A stretch of 64,000 nucleotides of DNA from Nitrospirota bacterium (GTDB taxonomy: Bacteria; Nitrospirota; UBA9217), in assembly GCA_963737155.1 (NCBI GenBank), contig CAVTRN010000001.1, positions 672,001 to 736,000 of the forward strand, given 5' to 3'. The notes under the pieces are model-generated. The model was not told the DNA's origin. It did not search any database and saw only the letters and a program-made list of their open reading frames with translations. The stretch's first letter is position 1. Every line of letters begins with the position of its first letter. Below, in pieces: positions 19,989-29,371 of the stretch. A program made the position numbers and the translations under genes.

Positions 19989-21134
19989 CTAGTAAGCGCC
20001 CTTTCCCGTAAATACAGCCTTTGGTGTCATCAAGAGAATCTTGGTGTCCAGCCATAGGGACCAGTATATTGCATATTGAAGGTCGAGGCGAACCATCTCG
20101 TCGAAGGTGGTGGAACTCCGCCCGTAGACCTGCCATAGCCCGGTGATTCCCGGTTTTACCTCCAACACCCGGCGACGGTGCCAGCTGCTATATTTCTCGA
20201 TTTCATATGGAATCGGGGGCCTCGGCCCTACCAGCGACATATCGCCTTTCAGCACGTTAAAAAACTGAGGCAGCTCGTCAAGGCTCATTTTCCGGATGAT
20301 TTTCCCGACCGGCGTAATCCTCAGATCGTTTTTGATCTTGTAGAGGGGCTTGCCGTCTCCATTCCCGTCGGATGCACGTGATTGCTTGTTCGCAATGAGG
20401 TTGTAGACGAACTCTTTATGGACATCATCGCGGTTGTTTACGTACATGCTCCTGAATTTAAAAAAAATAAACTTGCGCTCATATTGGCCAACCCGCTCCT
20501 GCCGAAACAACACCGGTCCTCGCGATGTCAGCTTGATGATTATCGGTACCAGGAGGAAGAACGGTGAAAATATCAGGATTCCCGCGATACTCCCGATGAT
20601 GTCAATAATCCGTTTTAACTTGAGTTCTTTTTTTTTCTTAAGATCTTTCTGGGGGAAGTCCGTATAGAATGTAAAATGGCTCGGGCTGCCCGGTTTGTTC
20701 GGTTTTCCGTCGTCGGGAAAGCGGTAAAAGGAAATTTGTATCATTTCTATGAGTTCCTCCGACAGGCTGGTGCGGAGGTTCTCGGAGATCTTTTTCTGGA
20801 GCGTTTCCGTCTCGAGGCTGTTCATTTCCGTAAATATGACGCCCAGCACCGATGAAGTCTGGTACCAGCCTTTGATGTCTGTATCGCGGGTGAGCAACGA
20901 CAACCCTTTCATCGCTTCCTTGACAGATTCGCGCCTGATCCGCGGTTTGACAATGTCACTAAAGTCCAGCGTCATCACCAGAAACGGCCTTCCCGAACGT
21001 TCGCTTCGTTTGCGCTCGAAAGTAAGCATTTCGTGGAAGTACTCCTCCACGTAACAGCCGATATAGCTGTCACAAAATTCCTGGGATGGCTGTTGTGAGA
21101 TTTCATGATCGTTGGTGATCAGTGATTTTTTCAT
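19989..21134 (-). CDS. Priming polyprenyl-phosphate sugar transferase with an N-terminal degenerate GGDEF-like domain
   Basis: KRIIDI + TM helix, KFRSM, SLDELPQ, SLVGPRP, KPGITGLWQV; N-terminal ERKRSERSGRPFLVMTLD...RDTD. Confidence 0.93.
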   Translation of the reverse strand: MKKSLITNDHEISQQPSQEFCDSYIGCYVEEYFHEMLTFERKRSERSGRPFLVMTLDFSDIVKPRIRRESVKEAMKGLSLLTRDTDIKGWYQTSSVLGVIFTEMNSLETETLQKKISENLRTSLSEELIEMIQISFYRFPDDGKPNKPGSPSHFTFYTDFPQKDLKKKKELKLKRIIDIIGSIAGILIFSPFFLLVPIIIKLTSRGPVLFRQERVGQYERKFIFFKFRSMYVNNRDDVHKEFVYNLIANKQSRASDGNGDGKPLYKIKNDLRITPVGKIIRKMSLDELPQFFNVLKGDMSLVGPRPPIPYEIEKYSSWHRRRVLEVKPGITGLWQVYGRSSTTFDEMVRLDLQYAIYWSLWLDTKILLMTPKAVFTGKGAY

Positions 21135-21831
21135 GGCTTGTTTCCGTTCTTCCTTCAAATTTGAATTTGTGTGTAGTAGCTTTTAATTACGCAATATCTA
21201 CGCACTGAATTCATGGTGGAGTGTCCTAGGTGATCACAGGATGCTCGCCCATGACCGTATAGAATGTAAAATGGCTTGGGCTGCCCGGTTTGTTCGGCTT
21301 TCCGTCGTCGGGAAAGTGGTAAAAGGAAATTTGTATCATTTCAATGAGTTCCTCCGACAGGCTGGTGCGGAGGTTCTTGGAGATCTTTTTCTCGAGCGTT
21401 TCCGTCTCGAGGCTGTTCATTTCCGTAAATATGACGCCCAGCACCGATGAAGTCCGGTACCAGCCTTTGATATCGGTCTCGCGGGTATGCAGCGACAACC
21501 CTTTCATCGCTTCCTTGACAGATTCGCGCCTGATCCGCGGTTTGATAATGTCACTAAAGTCCAGCGTCATCACCAGAAACGGCCTTCCCGAACGTTCGCT
21601 TCGTTTACGCTCGAAGGTAAGCATTTCGTGGAAGTACTCCTCCACGTAACAGCCGATATAGCTGTCACAAAATTCCTGGGATGGCTGTTGTGATATTTCA
21701 TGATCATTGGTGAGCAGTGTTTTTTTCATGACTTCTTTCCATTCTTCCTTTAAAATTGAATTTGTGTATAGAAGCTCTTACCTATGCATATATTTGCGAT
21801 GAACCCGCGGTGGAATCTCCTTGGCGATCAC
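20660..21831. repeat. Diverged tandem duplication with a unit of about 595 bp
   Basis: 20660..21237 aligns with 21255..21831, including the intergenic/RBS region. Confidence 0.93.
21226..21729 (-). CDS. Stand-alone copy of the degenerate GGDEF-like N-terminal domain (possibly a truncated duplicate)
   Basis: Near-identical to the first ~158 aa of the sugar transferase, then a short unrelated tail and stop. Confidence 0.7.
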   Translation of the reverse strand: MKKTLLTNDHEISQQPSQEFCDSYIGCYVEEYFHEMLTFERKRSERSGRPFLVMTLDFSDIIKPRIRRESVKEAMKGLSLHTRETDIKGWYRTSSVLGVIFTEMNSLETETLEKKISKNLRTSLSEELIEMIQISFYHFPDDGKPNKPGSPSHFTFYTVMGEHPVIT

Positions 21832-24800
21832 TAAAAGTCCGCTATGACCGTGCAGTCCGTCGTGATCGGAAGGGTGGTATAGATAGTTCCTGTTATATCC
21901 AGCGAGCCGCCACAGGTACCAGTCATAGTGGGGGTGGATCCGGTAGTCGGAGTAACCGTGAACTGTATGGTGTTATCATAGGTCACCGGCTGTGGAGTGC
22001 TCGGGCTGATGGTCCCTGCTCCGTTAGTCGACGGCGTCACCGTATAGGTGTTGATCGTGAAGTTAGCCACAACCGAACAGTCTGCCGTAATCGCGCTCGT
22101 CGTGTATGTAGTGCCGTTAAGCGTTCCGCCGCAGGTACCACCCACCGAAGCGGTGTATCCGGTGTTTGGAGTAACCGTGAACTGCGTGGTGTTATCATAG
22201 GTCACTCCCTGAGGAGTATTCGGGCTGATAGTCCCGTTCCCGTCAGTCGATGGCGACACCGTATAGGTGTTTATCGAGAAGTTCGCCACAACCGTGCAGT
22301 TCGCCAGTATTTCATTCGTCGTGTAAGTATCTCCACTAAGCGTGCCGCCGCAGGTCCCGCTTACCGAAGCAATGCTATATCCAGCGTTCGGAGTGATCGT
22401 GAACTGCGTGGTATTACCATAGGTCACTGGCTGTGGAGTGCTCGGGCTGATAGTCCCGTTCCCGTCAGTCGACGGCGACACCGTATAGGTGTTGATTGAG
22501 AAGCTCGCGCTGATCGTGTGGTTCTCTGTTACATCCGTGAACGTATAGGAGGTCACCGCGCCGACCGAAACGCCGTCTGCCAGCACCCCGGCGATAGAGT
22601 ACCCCGAAGCCGGGGTGATCGTGAATGTCTGGCTTGCACCATAATTCACCGGCACGGAGCCCGATGGGCTGATGGTTCCGTTTCCGCTGGACACCGACGC
22701 CGTTATAGTATAGGTGTCAATCGAGAAGCTCGCCACGACGCTACAGTTCGCAACAATCGCGTTCGTCGTATATTTTTTCCCCGACAGCGTGCCGCCGCAG
22801 GTGCCGCTCACCGTGCCGGTGTATCCCGTAGCCGGCGTTATGGTGAATGCCGTCGTAGAATTGTAGTCAACCGTCTGGGCGGTCGACGGGCTGATGGTCC
22901 CATTACTGCCGACGACCGATGGCGTCACCGTAAACGTTTTAATCGAGAAGCTCGCGCTGATCGTGTGATTCTCTATAACATCCGTGAACGTGTAGGAGGT
23001 CACCGCGCCGGCCGAAACACCATCCACCAGCACGCTGGCAACAGAGTACCCCGTAGACGGGGTGATCGTGAATGTCTGGCTTGCACCATAATTCACCGCC
23101 ACGGATCCTGATGGGCTGATGGAACCGCTTCCGCTGGAAACCGTCGCAGTTATGGTGTTGGTGTTTATCGAGAAGCTCGCCACAACTGTGCAGTCCGCCG
23201 TGATCGCGTTCGTCGTGTAAGTGCTGCCATTAAGCGTGCCGCCGCAGGTACCACCCACCGAGGCGGTGTATCCCGTGGTCGGCGTTACGGTGAATGCCGT
23301 CGTCGTGTTGTAAGTAACCGTCTGGGCAGTCGACGGGCTGATGGTCCCATTACTGCCGCTAACCGACGGCGTCACCGTAAACGTTTTGATCGAGAAGCTC
23401 GCGCTGATCGTGTGATTCTCTATAACATCCGTGAACGTGTAGGAGGTCACCGCGCCGGCCGAAACACCATCCACCAGCACGCTGGCAACAGAGTACCCCG
23501 TAGCCGGGGTGATCGTGAATGTCTGGCTTCCGCCATAATTCACCGCCACGGAGCCTGATGGGCTGATGGTTCCGTTTCCGCCGGAAACCGTTGCCGTTAT
23601 AGTGTTGGTGTTGAGCGAGAAGCTCGCCACGACCGTGCAGTTCGCCGTGATCGCGTTCGTCGTGTATGTGGTGCCATTAAGCGTGCCGCCGCAGGTGCCG
23701 CCCATGACAGCGGTGTATCCTGTAGCCGGCGTTACAGTGAATGCCATCGTCGTGTTGTAGTTAACCGTCTGGGCGGTCGACGGGCTGATGGTACCATTAC
23801 TGCCGCTGACCGACGGCGTCACCGTAAACGTGTTGATTGAGAAGCTTGCGCTAATCGTGTGATTCGCTATAACATCCGTGAATGTGTAGGAGGTCACCGC
23901 TCCGGCTGATTGGCCATCCACCAGCACGCTGGCAACGGAGTACCCCGTAGCCGGGGTGATCGTGAATGTCTGGCTTGCGCCATAATTCACCGCCACGGAA
24001 CCCGATGGGCTGATGGAACCGCTTCCGCTGGAAACCGTTGCCGTTATGGTATTGGTGTTGATCGAGAAGCTCGCCACAACCGTGCAGTTCGCCGTGATCG
24101 CGTTCGTCGTGTATGTGGTGCCGTTAAGCATGCCGCCGCAGGTGCCGCCCACGGAGGCGGTGTATCCCGTGGCCGGCGTTACGGTGAATGCCACCGTCGA
24201 ATTGTAGCTAACCGTCTGGCCGGTCGACGGGCTGATGGTACCATTACTGCCGCTAACCGACGGCATCACTGTAAACGTGTTGATCGAGAAACTCGCGATA
24301 ATCGTGTGATTCGCTGTAACATTCGTGAACGTATAGGAGGTCACCGCACCGACCGAAACGCCGTCTACCAGGACTCCGGCAATACTGTAGCCCGTAGCCG
24401 GTGATATGGTGAATGTCTGACTTCCACCATATGTCACCAGCATCTGGCTGGATGGCGCAATCGTCCCTCCTGCCCCGGCAGTAGGGGTGATCGTATAGGT
24501 GAGAGACTGAAAACTTGCGGCGATAGTATGATTGGCCGACACATTGCTGAAGGTATACGATGTCGCCAATGTCGCCGGTGAGCCATCTACACTCAGATTG
24601 GAAAGGTAATAACCGGTATTGGGTTGGATCGTGAATGTTACAGACGAGCCATAGTTTACGATCTGCGCAGTCGACGGGCTGATGCTTCCGTTCGATCCGG
24701 CCGACGGCGTCACTGTGAACGTGTTAATTGCGAAATTCACGCTGATCGTGTGATTCGCTATGACATTCGTGAACGTGTAGGAGGACACCGCACCGACCGA

Positions 24801-27041
24801 TACGCCATCTACCAGCACGCCGGAAACGGAATATCCCGTAGCCGGGGTGAACGTGAATGTCTGGCTTGCACCATAATTTACCCCCACCGAACCCCCTGGG
24901 CTGATGGTTCCGTTTCCACTTGAAACCAATGCCGTTATGGTGTTGGCGTTGATCGAGAAGCTCGCCACAACCGTGCAGTTTGCCGTGATGACGTTCGTCG
25001 TGTAAGTGGTGCCGTTAAGCGTGCCGCCGCAGGTACCACCCATAACCGTGGTGTATCCCGTGGACGGAGTTACAGTGAAGGCCGTCGTCGCATTGTAGGT
25101 AACCGTCTGGGCGGTCGACGGGCTGATGGTCCCATTACTGCCGGTGACCGACGACGTCACCGTAAACGCGTCAATCGAGAAACTTACCGATATGGTGTGG
25201 CTCGTTGTTACATTGTTGAACGTGTAGGAGGTCACCGCACCGACCGAAACGCCGTCTGCCAGCACGCCGGCAACAGAGTACCCCGTAGCCGGGGTGAACG
25301 TGAATGTCTGGCTTGCACCATAATTCACCGTCATGGAGCCCGATGGGCTGATGGAACCGCTCCCGCTGGATACCGTCGCCGTTATGGTGTTGGTGATGAT
25401 CGAGAAGCTGGCGCTGATCGTGTGGTTCGCCGTTACGTTCGTGAACGCGTAGGAGGCCACCGCGCCGACCGAAACGCCGTCTACCAGCACGTCCGCAATT
25501 TGGTAGCCGGCATTCGGCGTGATACTGAACGTCTGGGTCGCACCCGAGACCAGCATCACTGCTCCGGACGGCGTGATACTGCCGTTCCCCCCCGCTGTCG
25601 ATGCCGTGATGATGAACGTAGCAATGGCCTCGGTAGTAAAGGACCAGGCATACCCCCCGGACGTATTGCTGACAAGCGGGTTTCCCGCAAGGTTGGTGGC
25701 ATGGGAGGTAATTTCGGCAACGTAGTTTGTACTGTATGCCAGGGGCTGCGTAGGCGTAAATACAAGCGTGGCGCCGCTGGAAGTGACCCACCCGGGGATG
25801 CTTGTTCCATTCCCGTCGACAAGCGTAAAGGTAGTGGTCGGCGTGATCGAGCTCGTAAGCACGGCTTCACTGCAGAGCGCGACCACGTCGTTGTAGATTG
25901 GCACATTGACCGCAGAGCCGGTCGGGAATGTGGAAAGGACGGCAGGCGGAACGCTGTCCGAGGCCTCTGGTTCTGTAGTAAAGCTCCAGGTATATTCGGA
26001 CGACAACGAATTCAGGGACAGATCGCTGACCGCTTCGGGGATGCTGACCGTATAGAGGGTCGACGGTGCGAGAGACGTGCTTGGCATGAAAATGACCGTA
26101 TTGTCGACATACATGATCGTGCCGGGAATCCCGGCCTTGCCGTTACTGACGATGATCGACGAAGGCGTGAGGCCCGTCAGGAGCATCGGTTCGCTGAAGG
26201 TAACACTGATCGGCGTGTTCACATCGGCCGCCGAGGCGGTGGTGGACGGGATGGTGAGCGCCGACATGACCATGGGAGCTGTAGTGTCAGGTCCTGCTCC
26301 GGTCACAAAACTCGCTACGAAGGAGTCTGTCATGGGAGTGCCCGACTCAGTTTGCACGCCGGTTGTGACGTTGACGATGTAGATAGAATTGGAAGAAAGC
26401 GGACTCAGGGGTTCGAACGTGGCCGAGGCCGTCGCCGCATTATAGTAAACATTGCCCGGAACGTTTCCAGTCGGCGTACTGAGTATTATCGTGTCCGAGG
26501 AAATCGTAGACGGGTCGACAGGCTGACTGAACATGATTGAAATAGCGGTCGTCGTGCCTACATTTTGTGACCGGTCTTCGGGCTGGACATCGATGACCCT
26601 GAGCGGCATGGTCAACCCGGTAATGAAAGAGCTGGTGAATGCCGCGGACATGGCGATCCCGGTCGTGTCCAGTACGGTATTGGCGACTGTTACCGTGTAG
26701 AGGGTACTCGGATTCAATACGACTGATGGCATAAGAACGGCGGTATACTTGCCGTTCGCGTCGCTGTAGGTAACCGATAAGGGAACCGTACCCTGCTCGC
26801 CGTTGTAACAAAGCGTAATCGTTTTGTTATTGATGGTCGAAGCATCCATTTCGTTGCTGAACGTTATCACGATACCGTTGTTTATGGTTACGGGGACATT
26901 CAGTGCCCCATCGGTAGGCGTGACGGAGGTCACGATGGGCGGCGTCGTAGGCGCCGGCGGAAGCGGCCCCTTCTGGCCGCACGTCGAAAGCAGCATGACT
27001 GCTGCCTGCAACACCATAAGTATAATAAATCGTTTCCTCAT
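21831..27041 (-). CDS. Giant Ser/Thr-rich surface lipoprotein: 4 Big_5/SbsA-like Ig domains + 17 InlB-B/Flg_new-like beta repeats
   Basis: Lipobox LSTC, P.V.sv.P.dga.nV...I.vtFSe.m motifs, then 17 repeats of about 74 aa. Confidence 0.88.
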   Translation of the reverse strand: MRKRFIILMVLQAAVMLLSTCGQKGPLPPAPTTPPIVTSVTPTDGALNVPVTINNGIVITFSNEMDASTINNKTITLCYNGEQGTVPLSVTYSDANGKYTAVLMPSVVLNPSTLYTVTVANTVLDTTGIAMSAAFTSSFITGLTMPLRVIDVQPEDRSQNVGTTTAISIMFSQPVDPSTISSDTIILSTPTGNVPGNVYYNAATASATFEPLSPLSSNSIYIVNVTTGVQTESGTPMTDSFVASFVTGAGPDTTAPMVMSALTIPSTTASAADVNTPISVTFSEPMLLTGLTPSSIIVSNGKAGIPGTIMYVDNTVIFMPSTSLAPSTLYTVSIPEAVSDLSLNSLSSEYTWSFTTEPEASDSVPPAVLSTFPTGSAVNVPIYNDVVALCSEAVLTSSITPTTTFTLVDGNGTSIPGWVTSSGATLVFTPTQPLAYSTNYVAEITSHATNLAGNPLVSNTSGGYAWSFTTEAIATFIITASTAGGNGSITPSGAVMLVSGATQTFSITPNAGYQIADVLVDGVSVGAVASYAFTNVTANHTISASFSIITNTITATVSSGSGSISPSGSMTVNYGASQTFTFTPATGYSVAGVLADGVSVGAVTSYTFNNVTTSHTISVSFSIDAFTVTSSVTGSNGTISPSTAQTVTYNATTAFTVTPSTGYTTVMGGTCGGTLNGTTYTTNVITANCTVVASFSINANTITALVSSGNGTISPGGSVGVNYGASQTFTFTPATGYSVSGVLVDGVSVGAVSSYTFTNVIANHTISVNFAINTFTVTPSAGSNGSISPSTAQIVNYGSSVTFTIQPNTGYYLSNLSVDGSPATLATSYTFSNVSANHTIAASFQSLTYTITPTAGAGGTIAPSSQMLVTYGGSQTFTISPATGYSIAGVLVDGVSVGAVTSYTFTNVTANHTIIASFSINTFTVMPSVSGSNGTISPSTGQTVSYNSTVAFTVTPATGYTASVGGTCGGMLNGTTYTTNAITANCTVVASFSINTNTITATVSSGSGSISPSGSVAVNYGASQTFTITPATGYSVASVLVDGQSAGAVTSYTFTDVIANHTISASFSINTFTVTPSVSGSNGTISPSTAQTVNYNTTMAFTVTPATGYTAVMGGTCGGTLNGTTYTTNAITANCTVVASFSLNTNTITATVSGGNGTISPSGSVAVNYGGSQTFTITPATGYSVASVLVDGVSAGAVTSYTFTDVIENHTISASFSIKTFTVTPSVSGSNGTISPSTAQTVTYNTTTAFTVTPTTGYTASVGGTCGGTLNGSTYTTNAITADCTVVASFSINTNTITATVSSGSGSISPSGSVAVNYGASQTFTITPSTGYSVASVLVDGVSAGAVTSYTFTDVIENHTISASFSIKTFTVTPSVVGSNGTISPSTAQTVDYNSTTAFTITPATGYTGTVSGTCGGTLSGKKYTTNAIVANCSVVASFSIDTYTITASVSSGNGTISPSGSVPVNYGASQTFTITPASGYSIAGVLADGVSVGAVTSYTFTDVTENHTISASFSINTYTVSPSTDGNGTISPSTPQPVTYGNTTQFTITPNAGYSIASVSGTCGGTLSGDTYTTNEILANCTVVANFSINTYTVSPSTDGNGTISPNTPQGVTYDNTTQFTVTPNTGYTASVGGTCGGTLNGTTYTTSAITADCSVVANFTINTYTVTPSTNGAGTISPSTPQPVTYDNTIQFTVTPTTGSTPTMTGTCGGSLDITGTIYTTLPITTDCTVIADF
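21834..25625. repeat. Intragenic coding repeats (about 222-bp units; 447-bp pairs)
   Basis: Recurrent GGGCTGATGG and ATCGAGAAGCTCGC blocks; 9 Cys-free and 8 Cys-pair units counted from the translation. Confidence 0.92.
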
Positions 27042-27123
27042 ACCCCTCGTTGATTTCCACTCATATCACATGCAGCGAGTGGCTTTCTTCATTTCGGCCC
27101 TGCAGCGGACGCTCCCGGAAAGA

Positions 27124-28503
27124 TCAAAACGCTATGTTCACTTGCCCCGTGACCCTGTTGTTCCAATAATTGTCGTCGTACGCGGTCGGGGCAGGGGCAT
27201 ATGCATTCGAATAATCGTATTCCAATGCTAGGGTCAGATTCTTCAATACCGTGTGTTCGAACCTCAGGTGGTTTAAATACACGGTTTGGTTGACGTCGTT
27301 CTGATATACGAGTTGGTTGATGTAGATCGGATATTCGCGAAGGTACAGGACTGAAACGCCAACGTCGATCTTTGACGTCGGCGAGAGCGCGTAGTTTATC
27401 GACCCGGAGAGTGAGTAGGCGCTATCCTCGAGGTAGGTTTTTTCCGCGTTTCGGTACTCAGTGAAGCCACCAGAAACCAGCATCGTCATCCTTGGCGTCG
27501 CCTTTTTTAAGGTTGCGATGTAACTTTCCGTCATTCTCACGACTTCGACCGGGTCGGGAATGTAGCTTAACGCTGTATCGAACGAAAGGGTAATCGTTGA
27601 GTATTGATGTGTGATTCCCGCATTCCAGAATGGACGGCTGGTTTGCTCTCTGGTTTGCCCTGTCATGTCGAAGTCGAAAAAACTATTTCCCAGGCTGATG
27701 TAAACGTATGAGTTTGGAGCGAAGGTATAACTAGGACCGGTGAATACATCGAGCTCATCGAACGTAACAAAGCTATTCATGTTCTGCGTATAACGTACGC
27801 CGGTGGTTAAGGTTGCCTCTGACGAGAGCTCCGTCCTCAACTCTACAGATCCCGTCTGCGTGATTGAATCAATGGCATTTTCCGGCAGCCCGAGCGTAGT
27901 GATGACAGTGGGCTGCTTGTACCATGTGTCGACATACAGATAGCCAAGTACAGCAGTGGTGCTATCAGTGATTTTTCTGATTATATAAGGATTGACGGTA
28001 AAAACATTCGTGTCTGTTTGGTTTACAACCTGGCTTTCCAGCGTATAGTCTCGTGCGGTATTGAGCGATACTCTGCTGTATGTATCCTTCAGCGTAACGT
28101 ATAACGTATTGTCAATCAACTCCATCTTGTTTGTGACGTTCGCCGTTTGCGTTGAGTCGTTCGTTATCTTGTCCTGGGAGTAGTACCGGTAAATATAGGC
28201 ATAATCTAGGTTCCAGTCCCAGAAGCCGGTCTCGTAGACAAGCTTTACGGAAGGGATGGCCTGTGACACGAAATCCTGCTGTCTGTCCGTAGGCGTCAGA
28301 AAGAGGTTGTCGGTGTATTCTTCGCTCATCGAAAGCCCAGTCTGTATGTTGAAGAGCGCACCGGAGGCACGATGAGGCGGCATCGCGAGTACGAGCAGAA
28401 ATCCCGCAATCGTCAGAACGATAATGCGGAACGGCAGTGTACAGATGGCCAAAGCGTTAGGTTTTTTTTGATGCACCGTCATTCTCTCCGCCATCGGCGG
28501 CAT
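27124..28503 (-). CDS. Outer-membrane beta-barrel of XrtA/PEP-CTERM-type EPS loci (TIGR03016-like)
   Basis: Signal peptide, SEEYTDNLFL...DF motif, alternating beta strands, C-terminal Phe; start uncertain. Confidence 0.8.
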   Translation of the reverse strand: MPPMAERMTVHQKKPNALAICTLPFRIIVLTIAGFLLVLAMPPHRASGALFNIQTGLSMSEEYTDNLFLTPTDRQQDFVSQAIPSVKLVYETGFWDWNLDYAYIYRYYSQDKITNDSTQTANVTNKMELIDNTLYVTLKDTYSRVSLNTARDYTLESQVVNQTDTNVFTVNPYIIRKITDSTTAVLGYLYVDTWYKQPTVITTLGLPENAIDSITQTGSVELRTELSSEATLTTGVRYTQNMNSFVTFDELDVFTGPSYTFAPNSYVYISLGNSFFDFDMTGQTREQTSRPFWNAGITHQYSTITLSFDTALSYIPDPVEVVRMTESYIATLKKATPRMTMLVSGGFTEYRNAEKTYLEDSAYSLSGSINYALSPTSKIDVGVSVLYLREYPIYINQLVYQNDVNQTVYLNHLRFEHTVLKNLTLALEYDYSNAYAPAPTAYDDNYWNNRVTGQVNIAF

Positions 28504-29359
28504 TCGCCGCGTCTGCTGTTACCGACGAGCCGTATCGGTAATAATACGAGTATCGGCCCTGCGAGGGATAAATCAACACATCGTTGAATACCGTGCCCAG
28601 AATGGTGTGGTCTTTTACGAGCGAGAGTGCCTGTGTCGCAGTCTTCGGATCGGTAACCCCGGCACGTGTGACAAAGATTACACCGTCGACGTAATTACAA
28701 AGCGATATGCTGTCAGCCGTCAGGAGGAGCGGTGAAGAGTCGATGATAATGTACCGGTCCCGGTACCGCTCCTTGAGCTCTAAGACCAAGTCCCGCATCC
28801 GTTCCGAGGCAATAAGCTCCGCCGGGTTCTCCACCGGATTCCCCGCCGGCATGACAACAAGCTTGCCGATTCCGGTCTTGACCAGGACATCGGGCAGCTT
28901 CGCCTGGGACGACAGATAATCACTGAGGCCCCGCTGTGGCTGCAAACCAAGATATGTGTGAATGGTCGGTTTTCTCAAATCGGCATCCACGAGAAGCACA
29001 GTATGGTCAAGTTCATGCGCAATGGCGACTGCCAGGTTTATGGCGGTTATGCTCTTTCCCTCGCCACCCTGAGCGCTCGTTATCATAATCGTATTCTGGA
29101 AATCCTTTTCCGTTGCCCGCAGCACTCTCGCGCGGAGTTTCCGGTATTCCTCTGCAGCGTGTGAATAGGGGTCCGTTATTGTGACGACGTGCGGATTCAC
29201 CGCGTCTCTGTTTACTCCTCCATCACGGACTTCGAAGACCGACGGGTCGTACAAAGTGGATGAAGCGGTCCGTGTGGACATAATATCGCTACGGTCATTC
29301 TCCGCATTGCCTCCCCGTGTCTTTGCAGCCCGTTCCAATGCTCGTGTTATCCTACTCAT
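28457..29359 (-). CDS. Polysaccharide-associated tyrosine autokinase (CpsD/CapB; Wzc C-terminal part)
   Basis: EEYRKLR, Walker A GGEGKS, LLVDADLRKP, IIIDSSP, Tyr cluster YPSQGRYSYYYRY. Confidence 0.93.
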   Translation of the reverse strand: MSRITRALERAAKTRGGNAENDRSDIMSTRTASSTLYDPSVFEVRDGGVNRDAVNPHVVTITDPYSHAAEEYRKLRARVLRATEKDFQNTIMITSAQGGEGKSITAINLAVAIAHELDHTVLLVDADLRKPTIHTYLGLQPQRGLSDYLSSQAKLPDVLVKTGIGKLVVMPAGNPVENPAELIASERMRDLVLELKERYRDRYIIIDSSPLLLTADSISLCNYVDGVIFVTRAGVTDPKTATQALSLVKDHTILGTVFNDVLIYPSQGRYSYYYRYGSSVTADAANAADGGENDGASKKT

Positions 29360-29371
29360 TGCGTTCCCCCA

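Noticed and set aside
21831-21920. PEP-CTERM sorting signal on the giant protein, expected from the XrtA-type neighbours
   Set aside because: The C-terminus ends in a beta repeat (CTVIADF) with no PEP motif, TM helix or basic tail.
21834-25625. Regularly spaced repeats that could suggest a CRISPR array
   Set aside because: The units are about 222 bp, in frame within one ORF, have no unique spacers and no cas genes are present.
25197-26540. Long plus-strand ORFs opposite real genes (also 3243..4184, 13724..14665, 21756..22499)
   Set aside because: Antisense shadows of GC-rich coding sequence; Arg-rich and without motifs.
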